This document shows positions 23,250 through 35,392 of a DNA stretch of 64,000 nt, one piece after another. The position numbers were made by a program, and so were the translations under genes. The stretch is from Piedraia hortae CBS 480.64 (lineage: Eukaryota), in contig MU006020.1 in NCBI GenBank assembly GCA_010093745.1, positions 1 through 64,000 on the forward strand, in the 5' to 3' direction. Under the pieces are notes generated by a model that did no database searches, was not told the origin of the DNA, and was given only the letters and a program-made list of their open reading frames with translations. How positions within the stretch are numbered: the first letter of the stretch is position 1; each line of letters starts with the position of its first letter.

Positions 23250-24812
23250 ATGGAAACGCACGAGCCCCCGCACCGGTATATAGAGAACAGGGGCTATATT
23301 GACCTTGACCCTGATCCGCAGCCCACACATCTATCCTCTGATGATGACATTGACATTGACTATTTCGAAGACGACTTCTCCCATCCAATACCCAACCACT
23401 TGAAGCGTCCCCATGACCCAACCATTGGAAGCCACCAGAAACCCAAAATCAACACCCACGCAACCCCATCCGACCACCTCCCCTCCCTCACCAACCTCCG
23501 CCTAACCGACCGCGAAGCAGGCCTCCTCCCCACCCAATCCACCCAAAAGGACAAATCAAACCATTCAACAACCGAATCCGTCCTCGACCCGCGCACGCGT
23601 CTGATCCTGCACAAATTCCTAGATAGGAACGTCATCACCGAGCTGCATGGGGTGTTATCCACCGGGAAGGAAGCGAATGTTTACCATGCTATTCAGATAG
23701 CAGAGCGGAGCGAGGGGGGGGGGAGTGGGGAACCCATCTCGGAACCCAGCTTGGAGCGCAGCGGGGGCAGCTCACAAACCGCACCGCAGCCCATCGTGTC
23801 GAAAAGCCTCCAGCGCAGCGAGGGGGACAGCGGGAAAGCCTGCGGGAAAGCCTGCGGGGAAAGGTCAGAAACCGCAACGCATACATCCCCCTCCCCCATG
23901 ACAAAGCACCTCGCAGTAAAAGTCTACAAAACCCGCATCCTCACCTTCCGCTCCCGCAGCGCATACACCCCTTCGAGGGGTGGCACATCCCTCTCAATGA
24001 TCCAGCACTGGGCTGAGCGGGAAGTCCGCCATCTCAAGCGCTTACACGCCCACTCCGTCCCCTGTCCTGAACCTATCTTGCTCAAATCCCACATCATCGT
24101 AATGTCGTTCATCGGAAACAACGGGGTGGCTGCGCCGAGGCTGAAAGATGTCGACCTAACGGTCGAGGAATGGAAGGGGGTTTATTTCCAGACTCTGATG
24201 TTGGTAAAGAGGATGTGGATGTGTAGGCTTGTTCATGCGGACCTTTCGGAGTGGAATTTATTGTATGAGGGGGGGAGGGTTGTTGTGATTGATCTGGGCC
24301 AGGGGGTTGACAGGGAGAACGCTAATGCTTTGGGGTTTTTGAGAAACGATTTGGAGACTGTGACGAGTTTTTTTGGGAGGAAGGGGGTACAGGTGAGGGG
24401 CGAGAGGGCGGTTTTTGGGTTTGTGGTTGAGGACGGGGGAGATTGCTCTGAGGATGGGATGAGGGTTAAGTTGGAAGGGTTGGAGGCCAGGGGGATTGGG
24501 GATGAGGGGTTCAAGGATGAGTTCATTCCTAGAAGGTTGAATGAAGTTGATGGGGAGGTTGAAAGAGGGGGAATTGGGAATTTGTTACCGAAGGATGAGG
24601 GAGGGGATGAGCAGGAAGGGGAGAGTGAAGACGACGAGGGCGAGTTTGTGGAGAGAGAGCATAAACCTAGGGGGAAGAGGTTCGAGGATAAAGAGGCGAA
24701 GAAACAGCATAAGATGTTGGTAAAGGAGGAGAAGAGGGAACAGAGGAAACATAAAATGCCGAAACATGTCAAGAAGCAGTTGGTTAGTAGTACGTCGAGG
24801 GGGAAGAGGTAG
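23250..24812 (+). CDS. RIO1: Atypical Ser/Thr kinase Rio1
   Basis: TTESVLDPRTRLIL, STGKEANVYHA, AVKVYKT, LVHADLSEWNLL, C-terminal KEEKREQRKHKMPKHVKK. Confidence 0.93.
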   Translation: METHEPPHRYIENRGYIDLDPDPQPTHLSSDDDIDIDYFEDDFSHPIPNHLKRPHDPTIGSHQKPKINTHATPSDHLPSLTNLRLTDREAGLLPTQSTQKDKSNHSTTESVLDPRTRLILHKFLDRNVITELHGVLSTGKEANVYHAIQIAERSEGGGSGEPISEPSLERSGGSSQTAPQPIVSKSLQRSEGDSGKACGKACGERSETATHTSPSPMTKHLAVKVYKTRILTFRSRSAYTPSRGGTSLSMIQHWAEREVRHLKRLHAHSVPCPEPILLKSHIIVMSFIGNNGVAAPRLKDVDLTVEEWKGVYFQTLMLVKRMWMCRLVHADLSEWNLLYEGGRVVVIDLGQGVDRENANALGFLRNDLETVTSFFGRKGVQVRGERAVFGFVVEDGGDCSEDGMRVKLEGLEARGIGDEGFKDEFIPRRLNEVDGEVERGGIGNLLPKDEGGDEQEGESEDDEGEFVEREHKPRGKRFEDKEAKKQHKMLVKEEKREQRKHKMPKHVKKQLVSSTSRGKR

Positions 24813-25492
24813 ATGTTGCCCAACTGACACTGGCATACTCTGCCATTGATTACGACCTTTTCCTGACCTTTACGGGGATATCCACTTATCCTGATCGATT
24901 CTGCAGACATCCCTTTCGTCATCTCACACCCTCGAACCTCACCCTACCGTCTAAGACTGCACGTGTTCTGATAATTACTGATATACACGTCCACTAGCGT
25001 TGATAACAATCGCTTTGCTGCCAATCTCACCCTGACTCCGAACCTGGTATACGCCTTCCTTCCATGTTGCCTCCCATACAGCCTTCAAACGGTCTAGGTC
25101 CTGTGCTGCCTTGCAGAAAAAACCGCATTCTGCTGACCGGGGAATCTCCCTCTCCTTCCCCTCTCTCCCCCAAAAGTATCTCCCAGAAAATCACATCGTG
25201 TTCTTCCTCCACGGCTGGCTGGATATGCACATGCTTTCACGGAGTCAACAACTAATAAAGATTTTTCCATCATGAGCCTCATCCACTGCTTCATGGATTT
25301 ATGTGGCTGGGTGGATGGATTGTTGGGCAGCACCGAGACCTACAGTGGGTGGATGAGGCGAGTCGGTGAGTGAAAGCGGGAACTATACTCTGAAAATTGA
25401 TCGACTGAGATTACGAGGATGCCTCCCGCTTTCGCTGCAGACTGAGACTGAGACTGCATTCTCCTGCCTAGCTACAACGCCCCACCATTGCT

Positions 25493-26833
25493 TCATCTAG
25501 GTCTCACCTCCCACTGCACACTCTCCTCCCCCGCCCCCGGCCAGATATCTCTCGGCAAAGTATCCTTAACCTGCGCCATAAATTCCTCCCTTGCCGCGGC
25601 ATCTTCCCTATAAAGCAAATCCAATTCTTTTTGCACTTTACTAACATATCTCCTCATATTCGCCTCGGCTCTTTTCCTACGCCCCGCTTCGGCCAGAGCA
25701 TGGGCATACGACTCTGAAAACTTCGCATACACATCCGTCAACTCGGCCAATTCTTCTCTCTGCTGCTGAATATCCCCGTGAATCCTGCTCCAGCTTTCGG
25801 AAAAGGTTGTAGACGCCTTTAGATAAAACGGCAGTTTATCCTTGATCTGACGAAACTGCTCCAAGGCGGAATGCAGTGACTGATTTATCCTCTTCGTCTC
25901 TGATGATTGGGATGACAACAAAGTAAACTGACTCTCCAGATCGGAAAGATGATCTTTAATCTCTTCAACCACGTCGTTGACTTGTTCTGCATCTTCTTCT
26001 AGGACACGTAGCATGTCCATTTTCTCGTCATGGTCGATTGGTTCCGGGACGGTCTTCCCGTATAGACTCTCTTCGACGGCGTTGGAGTCGAGTTTTGCAG
26101 CTGCTTGTTTGGCTGCTTCCCCGCCGCCTTCCGTGTGTTTCAGTGCAGTAACGCAGAGATCGTAGTGGGTTGTTAGGCTTTGCAACAGACTCGCCATGTC
26201 GACTGCATGAGCCTCCATGCTGCTGTATAGCTCCCCGAGATTTCTGGGATCGTCGTAAATGGGTCTGTTTTCTAGGAAAATGACATCTCGTACATGTGCA
26301 ATGTCTGATTCGAATCTTTTGACTTCTTTCTGCCATGTTTCATAGGCTTTGCTAAAGTCATCGACCGAGCCGTGGAGAGAACCGACTACAGCTTCGTGGC
26401 CCTGTTCGTCGATGAAATCGAAGAGGGTTTTGGAGGATGCGTCTTTTTCTTGTAAGGAGGAATCGACTATGGTTTCTTTTAGACGGTTCAAGGCACGCTC
26501 TAGCTTTCTATGGGACTCATCCAGCGACTTGACCGTTGCGTTGAATTCGCCCTTTGTGGCTTCGCCACTTTGTTCGATTCCATCCGAAATTGCATCCAAT
26601 ACGCTCAGTTGTTTGTCTATGCATTTTCTTGCGAATGAATTTCGTGCTTTTAAGATAGCAATTTCCTCTACGAGACAGCTGGATTTGTTTACCAATTCTC
26701 CCGCACGCTGCACTTGGCTGATGCAGGATAGTGATCGTTTTGCGGCGATGAAGTGGAGGATCAATCTTTCCAGTGTTGGGACTTCTTTGAGATATGTCGG
26801 CGACCCAACCGACGACTCTGACGATTCATCCAT
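25493..26833 (-). CDS. ATG17: Autophagy scaffold Atg17
   Basis: HFIAAKRSLS, KTLFDFIDE, MASLLQSLTTHYDLCVTALKHTEGG, C-terminal LPRDIWPG. Confidence 0.9.
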   Translation of the reverse strand: MDESSESSVGSPTYLKEVPTLERLILHFIAAKRSLSCISQVQRAGELVNKSSCLVEEIAILKARNSFARKCIDKQLSVLDAISDGIEQSGEATKGEFNATVKSLDESHRKLERALNRLKETIVDSSLQEKDASSKTLFDFIDEQGHEAVVGSLHGSVDDFSKAYETWQKEVKRFESDIAHVRDVIFLENRPIYDDPRNLGELYSSMEAHAVDMASLLQSLTTHYDLCVTALKHTEGGGEAAKQAAAKLDSNAVEESLYGKTVPEPIDHDEKMDMLRVLEEDAEQVNDVVEEIKDHLSDLESQFTLLSSQSSETKRINQSLHSALEQFRQIKDKLPFYLKASTTFSESWSRIHGDIQQQREELAELTDVYAKFSESYAHALAEAGRRKRAEANMRRYVSKVQKELDLLYREDAAAREEFMAQVKDTLPRDIWPGAGEESVQWEVRPR

Positions 26834-26997
26834 GATCCATACAGATAACAAATTGCATACAGATGCATCACGTAATGACGGCTAAGATGACACCATCGCC
26901 GAAAGGGGTTAGCGCTGCAGCTCGCTTGACCGCATCCCGTTAGCGTCTCTGCACTATCGCATCTCCGTCCAATCACCAGACGGCGCAAGACAAGGCC

Positions 26998-28746
26998 ATG
27001 AGCGCATTCAAACTTTCCCAAGACGACGAGAATGGCGCCGACGGCTTCCTGGCTGAAGACATTCCACCACCACCACCAATGAACTACTGCTACCGCCACC
27101 GTCCGGATCTAACATGTCGCCGCCAAATGGACGAACCGTCGATGGAGCAACTACAGAACGAACTCTCCAGCCTTCAGCCATCAGACCAGCAGTCGATCGC
27201 CCATTTCTGGAGCATCTTCTCCGCCGCTCCAGCCAAACACCGCAACCTCATGCTCAGGGGCATTCTGACCCAATGCTGCTTCCCGCAACTCTCCTTCCTC
27301 TCCGCCAAAGTGCGCGAACTCATCAAAATCGACTTTCTCTCCACTCTCCCCACCGAACTCGGCCTCAAAATCCTCGGATATCTAGACACCACCTCCCTCT
27401 GCAAAGCAGCCCAAGTCTCCCGTCGCTGGCGCAACCTGGCCGATGACAATATGGTCTGGCAGCGCATGTGCGAGCAGCACATTGACCGGAAATGCACAAA
27501 ATGCGGGTGGGGGCTACCGTTACTCGAGCGAAGCCGTCTTCTCAACGAAAAACGCCAACTCCAACTCCGGGAAGCCAACGGTCATCCACCCAAACGCCCC
27601 CTAGAGGACCCTCTCAACGACTCCCCCGCCACAAAACGCCTCTGTCCTCCTCTCCCTTGGAAACACGTCTACCGCGAACGCTTCAAAGTCGGCTGGGCGT
27701 GGAAATCCGGCCACTTCCGCACCCTCACCCTCTCGGGCCACGCCAACGGGGTCATGTGTCTCCAATTCCTCGGCCATACCCTCATGACGGGTAGTTACGA
27801 CAGCACCATCAAAATCTGGAACGCACGCACCGGGTCTCTCACACGCACTTTAAACGGCCACACAAGCGGAATCCGCTGTCTCCAATTCGATGAGACAAAA
27901 CTCATGACGGGTTCCCTCGACTCAACCCTCAAACTCTGGGACTGGAACACCGGAACTTGCCTCCGAACTTTTCCAGCCCACAGCGCAGGAATCGCATCGC
28001 TACATTACACAGACCGCTACGTCGCAACGGGATCAATGGACCGAACGATCCGTGTATGGGATAGCCTCAAAAAAACCACCTTTCTCCTCCGCGGCCACGA
28101 CGACTGCGTCAATTCCGTCCGCATCGATGAACCCTCACGAACCCTCTTCTCCGCGTCAGAAGACTTTTCTATGCGGCTTTGGGATCTGGAAGGGGGAGGC
28201 ATGCTCCGCATCTTCAACGGACACGTTGGGCCTGTCACTTCGCTGATTGTCATGCCCGAGGGGTTTGAACCTGCTGCTTTAACTGGGGAGGGCGAGAGCG
28301 ATAGCGGGAGCGGGAGCACAAACACCACCACCGCCATACATCAATATTGGAAAGACGAGAGTAGGCCTCCTCCGCCACGATACATCTTCTCCGGCGCATT
28401 AGACGCGACGGTAAGACTCTGGGATGTGCACTACCCCCACCCACCCTCACCATCTGCTCCAGTTGTGGATGAGCGAAGGGCGAGTCTGCCCCCCTCCAAC
28501 GGGCCTTGTTGTAGGACGCTTTTTGGACATGTTGAGGGGATTTGGGCCCTCGCGGCAGACAGACTGAGGCTCGTCTCCGCGGGCGAAGACCAGCTGGTTA
28601 AAATTTGGGATCCGAGGTCGGGGGTTTGTGAGAGGACGTTTACGGGTCACCAGGGCCCGGTCTCGTGTGTGGCGCTCGCGGATTGGGCGGTCGCGATGGG
28701 GTCGTCGGTTGAGGGGGGGGTTACGGTGTTGTATTTCGGTGAATAG
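26998..28746 (+). CDS. sconB: F-box/WD40 sulfur controller SconB/Met30
   Basis: [16 protein letters not shown]-box [31 protein letters not shown]40 repeats. Confidence 0.95.
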   Translation: MSAFKLSQDDENGADGFLAEDIPPPPPMNYCYRHRPDLTCRRQMDEPSMEQLQNELSSLQPSDQQSIAHFWSIFSAAPAKHRNLMLRGILTQCCFPQLSFLSAKVRELIKIDFLSTLPTELGLKILGYLDTTSLCKAAQVSRRWRNLADDNMVWQRMCEQHIDRKCTKCGWGLPLLERSRLLNEKRQLQLREANGHPPKRPLEDPLNDSPATKRLCPPLPWKHVYRERFKVGWAWKSGHFRTLTLSGHANGVMCLQFLGHTLMTGSYDSTIKIWNARTGSLTRTLNGHTSGIRCLQFDETKLMTGSLDSTLKLWDWNTGTCLRTFPAHSAGIASLHYTDRYVATGSMDRTIRVWDSLKKTTFLLRGHDDCVNSVRIDEPSRTLFSASEDFSMRLWDLEGGGMLRIFNGHVGPVTSLIVMPEGFEPAALTGEGESDSGSGSTNTTTAIHQYWKDESRPPPPRYIFSGALDATVRLWDVHYPHPPSPSAPVVDERRASLPPSNGPCCRTLFGHVEGIWALAADRLRLVSAGEDQLVKIWDPRSGVCERTFTGHQGPVSCVALADWAVAMGSSVEGGVTVLYFGE

Positions 28747-29405
28747 ATTGGGGGATTTCTTGGGGGAGGAGGGGCTTGAGGAATGTTTCTGTATGATACT
28801 GTACAGTTTCAAGCTGGTAGAGATTTGATGTATACGGGTATATGAATTGTATTGTCGGTGGTCATTTTGGAGATTTCTTTGGAGGAGACACACGAACGTA
28901 GCATTAAGATCCAAACGTACTGTGAAAAACCGGCAATACAGAGCGATAACGTACTTGTCAACTAAATTCCGACTGCGGAAGATTCGGATTGGGCCCTACG
29001 AACCTGTATATTCTCTTCGGTGGCTTTAATCTTGAATGCTGAAATCATCTGGACCTTGCAAGTTTATCTTGGGAGTTGACGCAGCTGAAATCGTCGTGCA
29101 ACAGACCCTTTTGGGTCCATCTGGCTTTTGATTTCAGCGTCTGAGAGGAAGGGATTCATATCGCCTACCTAAACTCTGCCATGTCCACCCTGATAAAAAG
29201 TGTGAAAAAATAAACCAAATAAAAAAGCTATGAAAGACAAAGAGCAGCTGGGCTATGGGCAGAGGCACCCCTGCTGATGGTGAGACAACAACAAGGAAAC
29301 TGGCCGAAGACGCCGCCCGTGGCGCGCATATTATATCCACGATTAGATCACATCTCTTCCCCAACATTTCAGACTTCAGCGATGGGTCGGGAGGGATTCA
29401 GCTGG

Positions 29406-29549
29406 TGATGTATTCTTCCTCGGAAAGCCGGACGTGATGTAATCTTCCTGGGAAAGCTGGACACGATTTACTCCTCTTGGGGAAATCGGACATGATGTAT
29501 TTTCCCTGCGAAGGCCAGAGCTGATGTGCTCTTCCTGTGTTAGCCGACG
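29406..29549 (+). repeat. Degenerate 29-bp minisatellite, 5 units
   Basis: Units start at 29406, 29435, 29464, 29493 and 29522; consensus tgatgtantcttcctgggaaagccggaca. Confidence 0.85.
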
Positions 29550-30321
29550 TGTGGATGGAAAGAATGAGGGGTTCGCCGTCGTGGCAGAGCTCGCTGACGT
29601 GGTGGCTTCTATATGATATTTTGATCAGGGTGGCTGCCTCGTCGTCATGCAGGGTGCTTTCTTCACTCCGAGGAAGGATTGTTTGACTGGCCTTCAAGCG
29701 AGCACGGCTAGATCATCCACATGAATGAGGAGGAGATTCCATTGGCTGTTGAATGATGGGGCTGTGTTCGTCCCGTGTTGTCTGAGAGTAGACACTAGGT
29801 TGTACCATAGGCGTGGTGCGTGTCTAGAGCTACAAGAGAAAATTCTCAAGTGCCCCGGTTAGGGGTGTGGGTCATCATCTGCGGATCGCTCCGAGGCGAC
29901 CTGCACTACAGAGAGGACTGTAAGATTTCTTTCAACTCTGAAAGACTACGTTTAAAACAACATATACCCTGTCCATTGTAAATGCTAAACGAAGAGTCGC
30001 GAGCTGTGGTTGTAGTTGATGTTACACAAAGATGTCATCGCGCAGGATCGTAGCTTCGGTCCTAATGTGATTTCTCATTCCCAGCAATACGGTGGTGTGT
30101 GAGTACCAAGATCCCGACACCGCGATAAATGGACGAGGTTACCGAATAGTATGTACTGCAATCTTCCCAATACTTCCTCCTTACTGTTGTAACTTCACAC
30201 GTCGTCGGTTGACCGTATGCATGCACGCCACTTTTGCCCCTCATCAGACTTCAGCCTGGCAACAGTTTTCCCCATCCCAGATCTTCCTCAGTCTTCCTTC
30301 TCACTACTTTCTGTGCCAGCC

Positions 30322-33300
30322 ATGCGCCCAAGGTCGAAGGATTGGAGAGAAAAGGCGAGATCAGTGTTGCCGATTTCACCCACGCCACAACCCTCGTCGC
30401 CACACAGTGCGTCTACCCAAGCTGCAAATCTAGGCAGAACACCAGAAACCTCCTTTAAGGACAGGGACAGGCTACTGCATGATGCTTTAAACCATCTTTC
30501 AGAAGATGATCGAAAGTTTATTGAAAAGCAACTTTATTTGCCGAACGATCCTGCGCGAAACGAGGCTGGACTCGTGGCTTTGAGAGAACGATGTCAGAAG
30601 AAAAAATCTGACTCGTACTGTAATAGGATGAGGAAAATCACTGGTCAAATTATGCACTTCGTGCCGGTATTTGACGTGGCGACGAACGCCCAAGCGGAAG
30701 TGCTTAGCCTGCCTTGGGCCGGCATTCGCTCTCTCCTGATGGTAAGCAATTGTTCTGCGATGACAACTCATAGTAACCCCATTCGTCCAGGTGGCTCAGA
30801 AGGCCCATGAACAAAGCGAGGCCCTTCTGGAAGGAATCGAAACGACGCTGGACACTGGCCTCCTCCTCAACGTATACTTTGACGTATACGGCCGGCTTAG
30901 TTGGACACCGGCGATCGGGGGTTTGTATTACAGTATTGTCAAGCTATACTGCCGAATCCTTAAATTCGTGGCACACGCCGAGCACACTGGCGACATGTCC
31001 AGATTCGGTCGTCTGGTACAATCTGTGACAAGTGATGTCTTAACAAACTTTAAGAACGACCACAGGGATCTTCTGATGGACGTTGAGCACCATAAAGGGG
31101 CTTGCGATAGCGAGTTGACACTGCATCAACGGGATTGGGTTAACAAAGAATTAGAATCACTAAAAATTAATCTGCGAGCGATAGAGGCCGGGGTCAATAG
31201 CGTCCAACAAACACTGGACCTAAATGCTCTCCAAAGTGCTGCTGGGGCGACATACGACTCGACAGACGCCTTTGACCTAGTCTTGTGTCTGGGCGATACC
31301 AGGGTGGAGATCATCAAGGAAATAGTAGACTGGGCCACCACCGTCGGTGGACAGAGGGTATACTGGCTATCCGGTAAGGCAGGGACAGGCAAGTCCACGA
31401 TTGCTCGAACCGTTGCCCACGAACTGGAGAGCAAAGGGCATCTGGTAGGGAGCTACTTTTTCAAGCGAGGCAAGGGTGAATTGAGTCGAGCGCGTAACCT
31501 ATTCCCCACCATTGCCTGTCAAATGGCCAACTTCATACCTGATATCCGCGACAAGATTGCCGTAGCCTCCCATGGCTCACCTGCTGTCATTGACAGGTCA
31601 TTGGCAAACCAGTTCGACACGCTTATCAAACAGCCGCTTTCGGGGTATAGCACATGTTTTGCAACACAGGATGTTAGGGTCATCGTGATCGATGCTCTTG
31701 ATGAGTGCGATGCCAAGGATCAGATCGGTCAAGCCATGACACTTTGGCCTACACTTAATGACTCTTCCCTGCACTTGAAAGTTTTTGTGACGAGTCGTTC
31801 AGACAATGAGATTTGGACTACGCTCGGTCACTTGGGACCCGAAAGTCTCCAGCACAAGAGGCTTGAGGACTTGCAAACGACTGCTATCAAGCATGATTTG
31901 ACTTTGTTTTGCAAGGAGGAACTCAGGAAGATTCGCGAGAAGCAAAAGAAAAATCTAGTTCCTGCTAAACTAGACCATGACTGGCCCGGAGAAGACGTTG
32001 TCCAAAAACTCGTGGAGATATCTCAGCCACTGTTCATCGCAGCTTCCACCATACTCAAAGACGTGAGTACCAACCCACGACGGCTACCACAGTGGGTGGC
32101 CCGGCTCAACTCGACTGGTCCGAAAGCATTGACCAAGATTTATATGGACATTCTGCAACAAGCCTTTGACTTGGATGAAGAGTGGCACGATTGGTTCGAT
32201 CAAGTTATCAAACCAATTGCTCTTCTATATTCTCCGCTCAGCCTCCCGGCGCTTACTGATCTCCTAGCAGAAGGAGACGAGATGATTGTTGCAAATGCCC
32301 TCAACCCTTTGAGTTCAGTCATTGAATTTCCCAGTAGCGTGGAAATGGAATCGGGATCTCCGGCCACGGTCCAGATATATCACGAGTCTTTCCGGGACTT
32401 TCTTCTCGACCCAACCGTCAAGGGCGAGCCACCGTTTTGGTGGATTAACAAAAAGGAGACACATGGCGACCTCCTTGCCAGATGCTTGAACTTACTCCAG
32501 ACCAAGCTTTGCCGCAATTTGTGCAAGCTGAAAGATCTAGCGACAAAGCGAGAAAGCGTCTCTGCCGAGAACATTGAGAAACACATCCCCGAACCAGTGC
32601 AATACGCTTGCCGTAACTGGGTCAGCCATGCTGTTGATAGCAGTCAGACCATTGGAGATGTCAGACCAGTGGATCATTTCTTGCGTGGAAATTTCCTTTA
32701 TTGGACAGAGGCCATGGCTTGGCTAGACAAACTTGGGGAAGTGATAGTAAGCCTTAAGCAGTTGCAAAAAGATGTGAGCATCATTTTCGACTAGAAAGAT
32801 TGTAACTAATCCTGCCTAGGTGAAACTATCACCTGCGACACAATCACTTGTCGCAGACGCCCTAAGATGGGTACCAGCAAATCGGAGTGTAATAAGCGAC
32901 ACACCTCTTCAGACATATCTCTCAGCGCTGGCCTTTGCGCCGAGCAACAGTGTTGTAAGAAGCAGCTTCAAGCATGAAATGGACGACTTCTTGCAAGCCT
33001 GGTCGCCAGTTGAGAGTAGTTGGGACGCTGAATTGCAAATGTTAAAGGGGCATACGAGTAATGTAAAGTCGATAGCGTCTTCTGCCGACGGCAAAAGGCT
33101 TGTAACGGCTGCTGCTGATAGAACAGTACGAATATGGGACATTGTAAGCGGTACCGAAGAAGATTTTTTGGAGGTTGAATCGGTTGATGCCGTTTCTTCA
33201 ATCTCTGAAGAAGAGGTCGTCCTCATCGCCGGACTGGATGGGAAGCTTTCGAGGTGGAACGTAAAAAAGGACATCAGACAAATTGAATTGACCCTGCCCG

Positions 33301-34910
33301 GCAATGCAAAATGCGTTTCAGTTTCTCCGAATAGTCGATACGCAGCTTGGGGCCTGGACACGGGGACGATTTATCTTTGGGATGTTGAAAATGGTTCCGA
33401 AAGACTGCTTGAGGGCCACGATCTGGACGTCAATTGCATGGCGTTCTCATCAGATGGCGAGACCATTGTATCTGGATCGTATGATGTCTGGATGTGGAGC
33501 GCAAGAACCGGTCATAAAATGATCTGCGAAGTAGACGCAAACATTGAGGCAATTGCCATATCGCCGGACGGCAAATTTGTTGTCTTTGATTCTGGTGGAG
33601 GTTTTGATATGCCGACATCGGTATCGGTATTTCACTGCGATTCACATCACATTGACCAAATCTTGACAGGCCAAGCCTCCCGCCATATTCACATTACCCA
33701 AGATAGCCAGATGGTTTTGATCTCGACGTATCGTAAATTCTTTCTTTACGAATTTCGAACGAGGTCTAAACCGAGAGAGCTGTCTATGATCTCGCCCACC
33801 CCAATGGGGACCATAAGCTCCTCGTCCGACGCGAAGACAATCTGGGTCGAAGGTGGTGAAAGATCGGTAACACAGCTAGACGTAGATGTGGCATTCAAAA
33901 GTAAACAAGCTCACGTTACTATTGCCGCAATGTCGACGGACGGTCAATCGATCGCCTCATGGTCAAAGGAGGGCAAGCTATCCTTTTGGAGCATTGAAAG
34001 AAGAATTTGCGAGCAACAGTTGACAGATGTATGGCCTGTCAAGATATTCGCGAAGTCGCACACAATCTTGATTTCACCAGACAGTCATTTCGTGGTTGTT
34101 GCCCTGCTCCATCACACGCCGTTAAGTCCACCCCTGATATGGGACCTACAAACCAATGAATTGATAGCGCTGAAGAATGATCCGAGCTTTATTGGTGCTC
34201 TCGCCATCTCTCCAGACAGTAAAACCCTTCTTTGCAGTTTACGGAACGGCCATATATCGACCTTTGAATCAAAAAGTGGTAATTGGCTAAAGACAGTCAC
34301 GGGGCATACGACAAGAATCAATAACATCTCGTTCTCACCAAACGGACAAGAGTTTGCGTCGGTATCGGAAGATCAAACAGTAAGGATTTGGAGCCTTCAA
34401 TCGGAAAACCCATTGGTTCTTATCGGTGTGGGATGGCTTACCCGTGCATGTTTCTGGGGAAACGGTCGAATGCTATACGTATTGGACTCCATGTGTAACA
34501 TATCTGAATGGGATATTGAAAAAGCGTACCGGGTGAGGAGGGTGCGGAGAATTTACCACAAAATGCGTTATGACGAGTTGGGTTTGACATTCTTTGATGG
34601 CCGCTTCGTGCAAGCAGGTTTTCTGCCTTTCTTGCCTATGTTAGAGGCCAGGGAAGTTGACCAGGCTCAGACCCAGGTTGATTCATCGGCTTCAGCCACG
34701 GCTGTTTCCAAATTCAAGAATCACGAAATTTGGGCTCTGGAGGTCCGCAATTCTGGGGAAAAGTGGATTACTGTCAACAATCTAAAGATATTCAAGGCCC
34801 CTACAACGATGTCCCAAGCACGGTGGATGTCGCATGGGAGAATAATGGTGTTTTCTGGTTTTGAGGATGGTCCCATTGTATTGAACTTCACTGGAAAAAA
34901 CAGTTTTTAG
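30322..34910 (+). CDS. NLR-A: N-terminal helical domain + NACHT + WD40 (NWD-type), ~1497 aa; exons 30322-30741, 30791-32773, 32820-34910
   Basis: LPWAG N-terminal motif, Walker A GKAGTGKS, Walker B IVIDALDEC, HESFRDFL, YAC..W..H, LKGH..WD repeats; two canonical phase-0 introns join three ORFs. Confidence 0.92.
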
Positions 34911-35134
34911 TCGAATTTAAACGTGCTTTACCGTTCAGTTGATCGCAAACGTCGTGGCTCGACCCACATAAAAGCCATACCTAACCACGGAGGATCACCA
35001 CTCAACACCTCGATTATCTCCACCACCCACGTGACCGGGCAGTAAGACCACCTTATAACGAGTATATCCACAACAATCTCACCTAAGGCACTCAACAGAC
35101 CCAAACCGTTCCCATAAAAGAATTTCACCGCTTC

Positions 35135-35206
35135 CTAGTGAATATAGAAATGGGAGGTGACACAAAAGACAATGTTGTTGTTGCTACCTTGCTACCAAGG
35201 CTCTAC
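35135..35206 (+). repeat. Repeat family C, short variant (partial)
   Basis: ctagtgaatatagaaatgggaggtgac..gacaatgttgttgttgctacc. Confidence 0.75.
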
Positions 35207-35392
35207 CATATCACTATGATGGTATTGACCTCATATAAAAATTCAACAGCCTAGACCGTCTAGACGTCGTACTCCTGAAAACTCAGGAGCCCATCAGAGC
35301 GGCCAGGTCCCAGCTACTGTAGGATACCCTCCCCACCATCATCCCTCTTCTCCCACCCGAACTCCTTTACATCTGTCCTCAAGATGATTTTC

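Noticed and set aside
29406..29549. CRISPR-like array
   Set aside because: Units are contiguous with no unique spacers; eukaryotic context and no cas genes
32820..34910. HET-E-type hypervariable, near-identical WD40 repeats or a HET/amyloid effector
   Set aside because: WD repeats in both NLRs are mutually divergent; no HET domain or amyloid motif recognised
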